Shown here: in pieces, positions 19,746 to 30,155 of the stretch | Layout of the letters: each line of letters begins with the position of its first letter | How positions within the stretch are numbered: the first letter of the stretch is position 1 | The notes under the pieces: model-generated | Seen by the model: only the letters and a program-made list of their open reading frames with translations | The model's database searches: none | What the model was told of the DNA's origin: nothing | Translations under genes and position numbers: made by a program | Assembly (NCBI GenBank): GCA_964493625.1 | Contig: CAZBOU010000001.1 | Span: 10,822-74,821, forward strand | Source: an uncultured Caldisericota bacterium | GTDB taxonomy: Bacteria; Caldisericota; Caldisericia; UBA6126 | Reading direction: 5' to 3' | Length of the DNA: 64,000 bases

Positions 19746-20611
19746 ATAGTATTGAAAAAGCGATAGAATTACACTCTTTGGAACCGCCGTTTTTTAATCA
19801 AGATGTTTCTTTTCTGGAAAAAGTTATCGTCCAATTCATTCAAACAGAAATGGAAAAATATCATTTTGAAAATGCAGCCATAGCCTTGTCGGGAGGATTG
19901 GACTCTACAGTTGTTACTTATTTGGCTGCTCGAGCTTTAGGAAAGAAACGAATAAAACTTTTGTATATGCCCTATGGAGAAAGCACTACAAGCCTAGATC
20001 ATCTTCGTTTGATAACAACGGATTTAGGAATCGAGATTGAAACGTACGATGTTTCAGAAATTGCTGATTTGATTTTTTTGGAAAGAGCAATTCAGAATCC
20101 ACTCAGAAGAGGAAATGTACTGGCACGGCTGCGTATGGTAAACCTCTTCGATTTGAGTGCTAGAGAGAAAGCATTGGTTATTGGAACCTCGAATAAGTCA
20201 GAACTTTTAATTGGGTATAGTACTTGGTATGGTGATGGTGCTGCCGGTATTATGCCAATTGGAGATATGTACAAAACGCAAGTTAGAGCTATGGGTCAAT
20301 ATCTGGGGATTCCCAAAGAGATCTTGGATAAACCTCCCTCTGCTGAATTATGGCCAGGACAAACAGACGAATCGGAAATCGGCATACCCTATGAAGTACT
20401 GGATCGTATCTTGTATTATTGGGTTGACATGAGATTCTCAAAAGAAGATATTTTGAAAATTGGTTTTGCTGAAGAAATTGTAACAAGAGTCATGAAGATG
20501 TCTTATCGATGTTTGTACAAACAAAAGCTACCTATTGTCGCCAAAGTATCAGCTCGAACCGTTGGTGTTGACTATAGGCTCAGTAAAGAAACAGGAAATG
20601 TCTCTTCCTGA
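19742..20611 (+). CDS. nadE: NAD+ synthetase (synthetase subunit)
   Basis: LSGGLDS, GNVLARLRM, GTSNKSE, YGDG and PPSAELWPGQTDE. Confidence 0.94.
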   Translation: MNSIEKAIELHSLEPPFFNQDVSFLEKVIVQFIQTEMEKYHFENAAIALSGGLDSTVVTYLAARALGKKRIKLLYMPYGESTTSLDHLRLITTDLGIEIETYDVSEIADLIFLERAIQNPLRRGNVLARLRMVNLFDLSAREKALVIGTSNKSELLIGYSTWYGDGAAGIMPIGDMYKTQVRAMGQYLGIPKEILDKPPSAELWPGQTDESEIGIPYEVLDRILYYWVDMRFSKEDILKIGFAEEIVTRVMKMSYRCLYKQKLPIVAKVSARTVGVDYRLSKETGNVSS

Positions 20612-20653
20612 TTTCCAGATATTGCGTAGAACAACGGTAATTTACAAAAAACG

Positions 20654-21859
20654 ATGAGTTATTATTCGATTAGCCGAATCCAAATGTATAATTCATGTCC
20701 TCAAAAATATAAATATCGCTATATTGACAAAATCATTCCGCCCAAGGGAGAAGTTCATCTTAATGCCTTAGTAGGGAATTGTGTTCACAAAACTCTAGAA
20801 GCTATCTATAGAGACTACATGCGTACAAACAAATGGCCCGATTACAAAGAAATTGAAGCAGTCTATTTTGATGTGTGGCGAGCTCAAAATGAAGACAATA
20901 TTGTCATTGTTCATTTATCACAAGATCCCGACGAGTTTAAGCAAGAGGGTTTACAGATACTAAAAGAATATTACGACAAAGAAAACAAAGAGAAAAAAAA
21001 GGATCAAACGATCGCCGTAGAACGACCCTTTTTTGTAACCCTTGGAGAGTATCGTTTAAAGGCTATTATTGATCGAATTGATTACCGGAAAGAGGATGTT
21101 TTCATTATTCATGATTACAAAACAACCTCTCATTTTCCAGAACGTAGAAATCTTGAAGAAGATTTTCAATTACCACTGTATCAAATTGCTGTTGAGGAAA
21201 CCTATCCTGCTGGTAAAGAAATTGTGCTGACATGGCATTTTCTTCGTTTTAACAAAACCATCACTATAAAAAAATCTGAAAGTGGCATTGAAGATATTAA
21301 GAAGAACATAGAAGACAATATTCGAGTGATTGAATTGGACCGTGATTTCCGTCCACAGCAAACACCTCTTTGCGAGTATTGTCCGTATCAAGATGTTTGT
21401 TCTGCACATCGCCACCGTTTTTTAATTGAATCAATGGAAGATCAAGCAGCTGATACTGGCTACCAGGTTGTGGAAAAACTGGAGGATATTGCTTATCAAA
21501 TCAAAGAGCACAAATATGAAATCAAGAAGTTAGAGGATGAAAAAAGTGATTGGGAAGCTGAGGCCCAAAGTTACGCGCGCGCTAACAATATGACAACCCT
21601 AATAGGGAAAAACCATGTGTTAACGATTGAAACGAAAAATGAGATTTCATTTCCGGACTCAAAAGATCCAGCAAGAAGTGCTTTAGAGTCTTTTTTAAAG
21701 AAAGAACATTTATGGGAAAGGGTGTCCAATCTATATGGACCGAAGGTCTATAATTTGGTGGCAGATACGTCTCTTGAGAAGAGAATCCTCGACGAATTAA
21801 TGAGCTTTTCTTATATCAAAGAGAAAATTACTTTTCGATTGAAGACAAAAAAAGATTAG
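20654..21859 (+). CDS. PD-(D/E)XK nuclease, RecB/AddB/Cas4-like, with an Fe-S staple and a C-terminal extension
   Basis: SxS...CP, G..VH, E...IDRID, DYKT, QLPLY and CEYC-x5-C. Confidence 0.85.
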   Translation: MSYYSISRIQMYNSCPQKYKYRYIDKIIPPKGEVHLNALVGNCVHKTLEAIYRDYMRTNKWPDYKEIEAVYFDVWRAQNEDNIVIVHLSQDPDEFKQEGLQILKEYYDKENKEKKKDQTIAVERPFFVTLGEYRLKAIIDRIDYRKEDVFIIHDYKTTSHFPERRNLEEDFQLPLYQIAVEETYPAGKEIVLTWHFLRFNKTITIKKSESGIEDIKKNIEDNIRVIELDRDFRPQQTPLCEYCPYQDVCSAHRHRFLIESMEDQAADTGYQVVEKLEDIAYQIKEHKYEIKKLEDEKSDWEAEAQSYARANNMTTLIGKNHVLTIETKNEISFPDSKDPARSALESFLKKEHLWERVSNLYGPKVYNLVADTSLEKRILDELMSFSYIKEKITFRLKTKKD

Positions 21860-21920
21860 ATTAGACAATCTTTGTGTTACACTAGTATGAAGAAAATTTA
21901 CGTAGGGAGATGATGTATTA

Positions 21921-23123
21921 ATGAAAAATAACTATATTGCTTTGTTTGTTGTTCTCGTTGTTTTAGTAGCGGGTATTTTCTTTATTGTTCGATACGAAGG
22001 AATATCTGTTAATACACCTGATGCAACAACAAACACAACGGAAACACCAGACAAAAAAGAGAATTCAGAACTACAGGATTCGCAAAATTATTCAGCTGAT
22101 GATGTGAGTGATCCAGAAACCGTCGTATGTACTATTGGAGATGATTTGTACAGCTTCACAATGGATGATTTTATTGGTGAAATGTACCGAATCATGCCAC
22201 GTGATTTTGAACAGACTATGAGTCAACTATCAGCACCAGATCAGAAGATTCAAAGAAAACAACTCGAAGAAAATGTGATGAATTTTCTAATCGAGACTGG
22301 CTATGTAACTCTCTATTTCCAGAATAGTGGATTGGAAATTACCGACGAAGAAGTACTTTCCGAAGTTGAAAAAATCAAAGCTAATATAAAACAGCAAAGC
22401 GGTCAGCAAGACTTTGATGTAGATGGCTATTTAAGTGAAATTGGTGTATCTGAAGAGATGTTGCGCGAAGATATGTATAACCAACTCATGTTCCAAAAAG
22501 TTTTTTCGCCTCTTATGGACCCTGTTACTGTGACAGATCAAGAAGTTCAAAAATACTACAACGATAACATTTCACAGTTTGAGCTACCAGATCAGATAAA
22601 CATTGATGTCATTCTTACCTATGATGAAAATGAGATGCAGGAAATCATCAAAAAGTACCATGAAGGGCAAGATTTTAATGATCTGGCTGCAGAGTATGCC
22701 AAAGATCCTCAGATTCAAGAAAATCGTGGTAAAGTAGGATGGGTATCTGAAAAAGACTTACCTCAAGAAATGTCTCGTCATATTTTTAATGAAGAAGAAT
22801 ATGGAGATAGTGACATTGTTTTCTTCAACATTGAAACAGCCTACTATATCGTTCGCAAAAATGACCTTCGCCAAGCTCATACACAGTCTTTCGAAGAAAT
22901 AAAAGAAGATGTTGAACGGATGGCTTTGGAAAAGAAAAAAGAAGCATTGTATCAACAATTTATTGATGAGCAAAAGAAAGAATTTGGAGAACCTTCTATT
23001 AATCCCGATATAGTATTTCCATCCGATGTCGTTGTATCGAATGTTCCACCCAATACTCTTCCAGGTATGGAAGGTATGGTTGAACAATATATGGATCAAC
23101 AGCAAGATACACAAAAACCATAA
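21921..23123 (+). CDS. PrsA/SurA-like foldase with a degenerate parvulin domain
   Basis: N-terminal TM anchor, SurA-N helical domain (VTDQEVQKYY), and a rotamase-like DFNDLAAEY...GKVGWV segment. Confidence 0.8.
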   Translation: MKNNYIALFVVLVVLVAGIFFIVRYEGISVNTPDATTNTTETPDKKENSELQDSQNYSADDVSDPETVVCTIGDDLYSFTMDDFIGEMYRIMPRDFEQTMSQLSAPDQKIQRKQLEENVMNFLIETGYVTLYFQNSGLEITDEEVLSEVEKIKANIKQQSGQQDFDVDGYLSEIGVSEEMLREDMYNQLMFQKVFSPLMDPVTVTDQEVQKYYNDNISQFELPDQINIDVILTYDENEMQEIIKKYHEGQDFNDLAAEYAKDPQIQENRGKVGWVSEKDLPQEMSRHIFNEEEYGDSDIVFFNIETAYYIVRKNDLRQAHTQSFEEIKEDVERMALEKKKEALYQQFIDEQKKEFGEPSINPDIVFPSDVVVSNVPPNTLPGMEGMVEQYMDQQQDTQKP

Positions 23124-23156
23124 AATAAGGAATCCACACAAATCATTGAAGAGGGT

Positions 23157-23984
23157 TTATCTAGACATAAACTCTCTTTTTTCAACCCAAAATTTCTTAT
23201 GCAATGCATAAATGATGGAATCTGGAATACATAGTCCTACTAGGGTAAGCAGTTTTGTTTGTAAACCTGGTAGGACTATTGTTTTATTCTTCTGCAATCC
23301 AAGAATAGACAGGCGAGCAACAAAGCCAGGGGAAGAATAGAAACGGCGCAATGAGCAAGGAATAGGAAGTGCAGAATTCGTATCAAAACAGGTATTTGTG
23401 GCTCCTGGAAGAGAACACGTTACAAAAATATTTCTTTTTTTTAGTTCATAATGAAGTAGTTTTGAGTATTGCAATATGTATCTCTTAATAGCACTGTATG
23501 TTAACGTTGATGCAGCAGGAGTATAAGCGCATATTGAAGAGATGTTGAGAATATAGCCTACTCCTCTTTTTACCATATCTCGAGAAAAGAGACTTGATAG
23601 GACAGTTATCGTAGTAGTTTGCAAAGTAATCATACGCTCTAGTGTCGAAGAATCTTGAAATTCTCGCTCAGTCGCCATTCCAAACCCGGCATTATTGACA
23701 AGAATATCAATCTGAAGGGATTGATTTTGACAAAATTCATATACTTGGATAGCAGATTGTGCATCCGATAAATCAATAGATAAGGCATACGCTTGAATAC
23801 CATAGAGGCTTATTAGATCTTTTTGTAGTTGCTGCAGTGCGTTTGTATTTCGGCCAACTAAAAGAACATTTGAACCTTGCTTGGCTAATTCAATGGAAAG
23901 TTCTTTCCCAATACCACTAGAAGCTCCTGTTACTAGGGCTGTCTTCCCCGCATAAAAATGTGTTTTCGTGTACTTGTTCTTCAT
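23157..23984 (-). CDS. short-chain dehydrogenase/reductase
   Basis: TGASSGIG, NNAG, catalytic Ser and YSAIK. Confidence 0.92.
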   Translation of the reverse strand: MKNKYTKTHFYAGKTALVTGASSGIGKELSIELAKQGSNVLLVGRNTNALQQLQKDLISLYGIQAYALSIDLSDAQSAIQVYEFCQNQSLQIDILVNNAGFGMATEREFQDSSTLERMITLQTTTITVLSSLFSRDMVKRGVGYILNISSICAYTPAASTLTYSAIKRYILQYSKLLHYELKKRNIFVTCSLPGATNTCFDTNSALPIPCSLRRFYSSPGFVARLSILGLQKNKTIVLPGLQTKLLTLVGLCIPDSIIYALHKKFWVEKREFMSR

Positions 23985-24005
23985 TTTACCTACTCTTTGA
24001 AGGGT

Positions 24006-24041
24006 AAAAAAAAAGACCAGGCCATGTTTAAGCCTGGTCTT
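24006..24041 (-). terminator. intrinsic terminator of the substrate-binding protein gene
   Basis: AAGACCAGGC/GCCTGGTCTT stem followed by a long T tract on the minus strand. Confidence 0.85.
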
Positions 24042-24074
24042 GTAGGTTTTAAATCCTATTTTCTAGAAAGAATC

Positions 24075-26501
24075 TTACTTTTTCCAATACCACCAAGCTG
24101 TATTCCATGTGATTGGGGAGCTTGTACCTGTAGGTTGGAAGTTGACAATATTCTTGTGCTTGGAACTAATGTCTACTCGGTAGAACAATGGTAAGGAAGG
24201 AATATCTCTTGTAAGCTCTGCTTGAACAAGACGAAGATTGTTGTAGATATCTTGCTTATCAAGCATTCTTAAGATATCCGAGGTAAGTTCATCGACAAGT
24301 TCGTTTTTGTAAGCTGTGTAGTTTTGACCACTCCATCCATTTTTCTCGGTAGGAATTTGTTCGGAGTTAACTATGGAGTATAGGTTGGAGGTGGGACCCA
24401 TGATCCATGCATACATAGCAGCAGAAGGTCCATTAAATTTTCTTTCTTTTAAAGTTGCTGTGAAAAAGCTAGTTGCTTGTTCATTTTTAAGGTTGACTTT
24501 AATTTTTAAGTTTTCTTCCCAACCTGAACTAATAACGGCTTGCACTTGTTCTCTGGCCTTGTTGGCTGCAGTTGTCATGAAGGTAATGGTGAACTGTTCT
24601 CCATTTTCATTCACCATTTGAGCATTTTTGCCTTCTCCTTCAATATTCCAGCCAGCCTCTGAGAATAATTCAATGGCTTTATCAAGATCATAGTCCCACT
24701 TGGTGATACTTTCATCATTAAAAGCGGGATGTTTTGGAGGAAGCCAAGCATGAGCAACAGGTTGTTGACCTTCAAAGAATTGATCAGTGATTAATTGTCT
24801 GTCAATACTGGAAAGCAACGCTTGTCGAACTCTGGGGTCAGACAAGTATTCGTTATCGCAATTCAAATCGCAATGTTCCCATGTTAAGGAAGGAGTAAAA
24901 ATTGGTACTTGATCTTGGGTTTGCTTTTCCAATTGTTTTGCTTGATCAAATGTTAAACCTGTAAGGGTCATGTCAACTTGGCCAGCAATTGCGGCAGCAA
25001 GAAGTGTATCGGTGTTTTCAATGGTGCGGAAGATGATGTTATCAAGCAAAGGTTTGCCATAAAGGTAGTGTTCGTTGGTTTCTAAAATGATCGTTTGTCC
25101 ACGTTCCCAGCTTTTGACTTTATAGCATCCAGCATGGACAGGATTTTTACCATAAGCATTCTTAGAATCTCCCTTGGTGGCTTCTACGATGAAATATGCA
25201 TCGTCTTTGCATTTTTGTGAAACATAGGCTTCATTGTCTTGTGTTACGGGATCATCTGCATCGAAATCGTAGTACGATTTGTCGTTGATGTTGTATGGTT
25301 CTAAAACATAGTCAAAGTTTTCTTCAAACCAATGAGCAGGCATTAGCCCAATACCCCCGTTAGCGTATAGGTAAGGAGTATTCCATGTTACCTGAACAGT
25401 ATAGTCATCAATGGCAACCATATCATCAATCCAGAAATCCGTTTCATTGTGAATTACAGGTGCCGCAGGGTGGTTGTAAAAATAGAAAGAGAAAAGAGCG
25501 TCTTTGGCTGTGATTTCAGTACCATCAGACCACTTTAATCCCTGATGAAGATGATAGGTGACGATCATTTTATCGACTTCGCCTTCTTCATCGTAGAAAA
25601 TTTCCCAATCGCCATTTTCTTGTGTAGGCATTTTTTTGATCATCACTGGGAAACGACCCCAGAATTCATCAAAACCACCTGTAGAATTTTCATAGATCAA
25701 GGAAGTAACTTGTGTCATGGCACTCATTTGGTCAAGACCACTAAACAAGGTAGTAGGTTCTTGAGACTGACCAATAGTTAAGTTGCCACCGCGGACAGGT
25801 GGATTTAACAACATATAAACACTGTAGCAAGCTTCAGAAACTAACATAGAAGAATTGGGGCGAATATAACGGAAATCATCCCCAATTAGCCATCGGTAAT
25901 ACATTAGTTGATAGTCAGGAAGAATGCAAACACTTAATGCGTTTGCCACTTCGTTGCCCATTGCAAGAGTTTCTTCCCAGCCATCTTGTGCAGGAATGAG
26001 AGGTTCAAGAATCTTGGATGCATGTTCTTTGGCTTCTTCTCCCTTGGCATTGATAAGCCAAACAGCAGCGTCTCCTCGAAGAAGTTCTTCGTCAGGCATA
26101 AATTCATCTGTTTGCTCAACAATACCATTTTGAGCGACTGTAGAAATTGCATCAGAATATGGATGCTCTTCAGGTACATCACTGAAGCTATATCCTGTAT
26201 CTGTTTCTAATTCTAAACCTTTTACAATCCAATTAACAAATTGTCCTCTTGTGATTGGTTTGGTCGGGTCTTCGAGTTCAATACCACTAACGATACCAAC
26301 TTTTTGTAATTGTGCCATTGGTTCTTCAGTGTATCCATAATACTCGACTTTTTGACCATCTGGCAGTAGACTCCAGTCATATGAAGTTACGACCTCGTGG
26401 TTTGTAGGATCCCCATTTTGTGATGTATCACCACAACCAAATAAAACGGAAGAGGAAAGAGTTACAACTAGCAAAGAAATAAGAGCTATATGTTTTCTCA
26501 T
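24075..26501 (-). CDS. peptide ABC transporter substrate-binding lipoprotein (family 5) with an N-terminal SLH-like region
   Basis: Lipobox LFGC. SLH-like ITRGQF, FSDVPEEHPY and FMPDEELLRGD. SBP_5 motifs KWSDG.EITAKD, DPRVRQA and PSLPLF. Confidence 0.88.
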   Translation of the reverse strand: MRKHIALISLLVVTLSSSVLFGCGDTSQNGDPTNHEVVTSYDWSLLPDGQKVEYYGYTEEPMAQLQKVGIVSGIELEDPTKPITRGQFVNWIVKGLELETDTGYSFSDVPEEHPYSDAISTVAQNGIVEQTDEFMPDEELLRGDAAVWLINAKGEEAKEHASKILEPLIPAQDGWEETLAMGNEVANALSVCILPDYQLMYYRWLIGDDFRYIRPNSSMLVSEACYSVYMLLNPPVRGGNLTIGQSQEPTTLFSGLDQMSAMTQVTSLIYENSTGGFDEFWGRFPVMIKKMPTQENGDWEIFYDEEGEVDKMIVTYHLHQGLKWSDGTEITAKDALFSFYFYNHPAAPVIHNETDFWIDDMVAIDDYTVQVTWNTPYLYANGGIGLMPAHWFEENFDYVLEPYNINDKSYYDFDADDPVTQDNEAYVSQKCKDDAYFIVEATKGDSKNAYGKNPVHAGCYKVKSWERGQTIILETNEHYLYGKPLLDNIIFRTIENTDTLLAAAIAGQVDMTLTGLTFDQAKQLEKQTQDQVPIFTPSLTWEHCDLNCDNEYLSDPRVRQALLSSIDRQLITDQFFEGQQPVAHAWLPPKHPAFNDESITKWDYDLDKAIELFSEAGWNIEGEGKNAQMVNENGEQFTITFMTTAANKAREQVQAVISSGWEENLKIKVNLKNEQATSFFTATLKERKFNGPSAAMYAWIMGPTSNLYSIVNSEQIPTEKNGWSGQNYTAYKNELVDELTSDILRMLDKQDIYNNLRLVQAELTRDIPSLPLFYRVDISSKHKNIVNFQPTGTSSPITWNTAWWYWKK

Positions 26502-26587
26502 TATACCCCCTAGGAATAATAGATTTTCTACTTTTATTATACGATAAAATTAACATTAATGAAGAGAAGGAGAAAGGAACTTGAAAT

Positions 26588-28750
26588 TTATTTTACTCTG
26601 TGAATTGACGAAATTTTCCATTGACTACCGATATGGGTGAATAAGAAAAGAAACTCTTGACCCTCCAGAGTTCCAATTTGTATCTGAGCATGAAATTCAT
26701 CAATTGAATCATGGGAGACGATGTCCCATTCTTGTTTTAAAGGATTTTGGATAAGCAGTTCAATATCCAACTCAGATACAATCTCTCTATCGTCAACTAG
26801 TTGGAAAGCTTTTTCATCTTGATGGGTGCTCAAGCGATAGATAAAAGCAACCAACGTGCTATAAGGACTTTCCTCAACTCTTTTGGTGACACATTGGAAA
26901 CTGTGGGTGCTTGGGTTGTATTCCCATATGTCTCGAAACGTTCTATACAAAGAGTTCATGCTTTCAACAAACAATTGATTCGCAGCATCATCATTGTCTA
27001 GGGATGTACCAATGGTCTCAAATTGGTTTTGTGAAGGGGAGATTTGTAGAATTCCGTTCTGACCCCTCCATTCTTGTTGTTTCGGATACCATTCTACCAA
27101 CCATTGATCTCGTTCCTCATTGTGTCGGGTTAACAAGATCATAGGATTGTCTTCATAAACAAACATGTAGAGATTGTGTTGGGAATCATATGTCAATATT
27201 TGAGCAATCCTACTTCTTTCATTGAGAGGCCACGAAGATTGGAGTGGTTCTGTTAACATCTGAAGGGTGTCTTCCCTTCCATTGTTCCAAAGTATGGCAT
27301 GGTGCAGTAAACCATTATCAATTCCGTTCATAAAGTAAAATTCGGGTTGAATATCACTAAAATCTATCACCTTGCAACTTCCTAGTATTGGGTGATGGAA
27401 TGTTTTAATATACACATGCAATTCGCAGTTTTGATTTGGATAGACGTCACTTGTGACAACCATGACATTATGTCCTTCCGAGAAGTCTGGAAGATTTTTA
27501 CGAAGATGTTTGTAGGAGAAGTATGTTTGTGCTTTTTCTTCAAGAACATGGAAATCAACCCTAGAAACAAAGACGTCCAAAGGGATTTTTGATATTTTTC
27601 TGGGTTGGGATTGGGACTGAAATACGGATTCAAGATATTCCTGTGCTTTTTGTACGAATTGAAATGCCTGGGTAACATTGTCTTCATGAAGAGATATCTC
27701 AGATAGACACAAGTTGGCTTGACACAGAATATTGTTTTCTCCTACAGAGGTCGTTTTTTTCTCGCGAAAGTAAGATTGGATATTTTCAAAGTGTGTTTTT
27801 GCGGTAGAAAAATCTTGCAATTTGATAAGAATTTTGCCATGAAGATACATGTAGTCATAGGAAAATGGAAAGGAAGTAGCATGTTTGTTTGAAGCGATCC
27901 CCTTTAGGCAGGCATCAAGAGCTTTTTCATATTGCCGGGAATACAATAAAGAAAGACTGTAGTAGTACCAGTAGGCTGTTTGTTCTGGATATTTTTCAAC
28001 AAGAGGATGGTAATAGCTTACAACAGATTTAAAATAGTGCGGATAGTATTCGTTTAAAGGAATTGGCTCAAGAGTATATTGAGTGAGTGTCATAAGGTCA
28101 GAGAATTGGAGAATATCAACGGAATAGGAGTTCTCTACTTCTTTTTTCCATATGATAACTTCGGGTTTGTCATTGATGTTTTCCTTTTCATGCAATCCTA
28201 TTAAGTTGCGAATTTCAAGAGATGAGTAGGCTGTTGAAAAACTTCTTGAAGTTTCAAACGATATCATATCGACAAAATAGTAAATATCGAGCCCGTTTTC
28301 CAAACCTGTCCCACTTGCCCAGCCAATGATTATCTCGGGCACACCATCGCATGTAAGGTCTTGTAGTGTTAAAAAATCAATCCCAGAGGCTATAGTTTTA
28401 GACTTCCAAACCAATCTCCAACCTTTTGGAAATTTTTTTGCAAGAGCAACTTGGACCGTATTTCGTTCGTTCCCTCCTTGCAAAAACTGACTAGCGAAAA
28501 GGATTTCATGTTGATTGTTACCATCAATATCGTATGTTTGATAAGAAGATGAGGTTGTCTGATTGTCGAAACATAGGATTGTGGAATCTTTTGGAAGAAG
28601 GGATTGAATAATATCAAGGATTGGATCTTGAATAGAAGGACTCATTATCATCTCTGATGGAGGAGGAAACAGGGAGCAACCTTGGCATACAAGCAAGATA
28701 CTTGTAACAATACACAATAGTCTTTTGTTTTTCCAGAAACATCTAGACAT
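26588..28750 (-). CDS. large lipoprotein with FG-GAP/VCBS-like repeats and TPR helices
   Basis: Lipobox CQGC. DIDGNNQHEI and DLTCDGVPEI repeats. TPR-like AYWYYYS...YEKAL. ATG 28750 with GGAGG SD. Confidence 0.7.
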   Translation of the reverse strand: MSRCFWKNKRLLCIVTSILLVCQGCSLFPPPSEMIMSPSIQDPILDIIQSLLPKDSTILCFDNQTTSSSYQTYDIDGNNQHEILFASQFLQGGNERNTVQVALAKKFPKGWRLVWKSKTIASGIDFLTLQDLTCDGVPEIIIGWASGTGLENGLDIYYFVDMISFETSRSFSTAYSSLEIRNLIGLHEKENINDKPEVIIWKKEVENSYSVDILQFSDLMTLTQYTLEPIPLNEYYPHYFKSVVSYYHPLVEKYPEQTAYWYYYSLSLLYSRQYEKALDACLKGIASNKHATSFPFSYDYMYLHGKILIKLQDFSTAKTHFENIQSYFREKKTTSVGENNILCQANLCLSEISLHEDNVTQAFQFVQKAQEYLESVFQSQSQPRKISKIPLDVFVSRVDFHVLEEKAQTYFSYKHLRKNLPDFSEGHNVMVVTSDVYPNQNCELHVYIKTFHHPILGSCKVIDFSDIQPEFYFMNGIDNGLLHHAILWNNGREDTLQMLTEPLQSSWPLNERSRIAQILTYDSQHNLYMFVYEDNPMILLTRHNEERDQWLVEWYPKQQEWRGQNGILQISPSQNQFETIGTSLDNDDAANQLFVESMNSLYRTFRDIWEYNPSTHSFQCVTKRVEESPYSTLVAFIYRLSTHQDEKAFQLVDDREIVSELDIELLIQNPLKQEWDIVSHDSIDEFHAQIQIGTLEGQEFLFLFTHIGSQWKISSIHRVK

Positions 28751-30155
28751 TTTTGGCCTCCAATGGAAATTCAAGACAGATTTTTGCTCCTTGGGAGGGG
28801 AGGTTTTCTATAATTAAACGACCTTGATGTAGTTCCATAATACTGTCACATATTGCAAGACCCATACCCGACCCCGTTTTTTTATTCGATCCTTGATAAA
28901 ATTTCAATTTGACGAAAGGGAGGTCTTTAGAAGGAATACCCTGCCCAGAATCTACGATACAAATATGTAATTTATTGTTGAAAGAATGCATTTGAACAAA
29001 AATTTCATTGTCATCACCAGAGTATTTGATGGCGTTGTCTAAAATATTGTCAAACGCTCGTTTTACGTAAAAAGGATCAATAGAAACGATAACGGGATGA
29101 GTAGGAAGGGATTTTTTTATCTTGATGCCATGTTTTTTTAAAGAAGGTTTTACAAACGATATCGAATCTTCAAGGATGCCTCGAATATCTGTTGGAACCA
29201 GTCGAATATTGTTTGTTTGTAGATTCAATTTTGAAAAATCTAACAATCGATTTACCATTTCAGAAAGCCTATCACATTCTTTTTCAATAATATCCAACCC
29301 CTCCTGAATCTCAGGGTTTTGTGTTGTGTCTGGCGATTGCAAAGTAATAGCCCATCCTTTGATGGAGGTTAGTGGAGTTCGAAGATCATGAGAGATAGAA
29401 GAGATAAAGTTGTTCTTGATTTCTTCTCGATCTTGGATTTCTTTTGCCATATGATTGAATGTGGTGCCCAATTGACCGATTTCATCTTTTCTATTTTCTG
29501 TAATACGGACAGAGTAGTCTCCGTTGCTCATTTTTCTAGAGGCCTGCGTAATTTTGCCGATAGGATCTGACAAGCTTTTTGAAATCTGAAAACCTACGCC
29601 TACACTTAAAAAAATGGTTACCATTCCCAATAAAACCAAGAATGAAGAAATTTGCAGAATACTCTGATTCGTTCTTTGTAGTGAAGTGATGAATCTTGCA
29701 TATCCAATAAAATCAGAAGAAGAATACAGGGGAATCGTAACCCCTAGAATTGGTTCATTGGATTGCAGAGTTCGAGATTGCCATACGATGTATTCTTGGG
29801 ATTTAATAGACTCAATATCATTAATGTATAAAGGAACGATATTTGTAGCTGCTAAAGTATCCGCAAGGATATTTCCATTGGATTCAAAAAGTTGTACTTG
29901 TGCATTTGAATTGGCCGAAAAACTTTCCAAAATTGTTTGTCTTTGTGTAAAAATATTGGGATTCTCTATATATTCATGAAAAAACATGGAGGAAAGAAGG
30001 GCTTGGTTTTTTACAATATTTGTTACACTGTTTTTGTAGTAATAGTGAATGGTTGCAACGAGAGTAGTTAAAAAAAACACAATACTAAGGCATACTACAA
30101 TCGTATAGCCAAAAACCAAACGCGCACGAATGCTACGAAATTGAAAAAAGTGCAT
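28743..30155 (-). CDS. HAMP-domain sensor histidine kinase
   Basis: Two TM helices, HAMP (DEIGQL), H box SHDLRTPL, N box NAIKY, and G boxes. The start overlaps the regulator stop (TAATG). Confidence 0.94.
   Translation of the reverse strand: MHFFQFRSIRARLVFGYTIVVCLSIVFFLTTLVATIHYYYKNSVTNIVKNQALLSSMFFHEYIENPNIFTQRQTILESFSANSNAQVQLFESNGNILADTLAATNIVPLYINDIESIKSQEYIVWQSRTLQSNEPILGVTIPLYSSSDFIGYARFITSLQRTNQSILQISSFLVLLGMVTIFLSVGVGFQISKSLSDPIGKITQASRKMSNGDYSVRITENRKDEIGQLGTTFNHMAKEIQDREEIKNNFISSISHDLRTPLTSIKGWAITLQSPDTTQNPEIQEGLDIIEKECDRLSEMVNRLLDFSKLNLQTNNIRLVPTDIRGILEDSISFVKPSLKKHGIKIKKSLPTHPVIVSIDPFYVKRAFDNILDNAIKYSGDDNEIFVQMHSFNNKLHICIVDSGQGIPSKDLPFVKLKFYQGSNKKTGSGMGLAICDSIMELHQGRLIIENLPSQGAKICLEFPLEAKNV

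Noticed and set aside
20654-21859. Possible cas4/CRISPR locus
   Set aside because: I saw no repeat-spacer array or other cas genes anywhere in the window.
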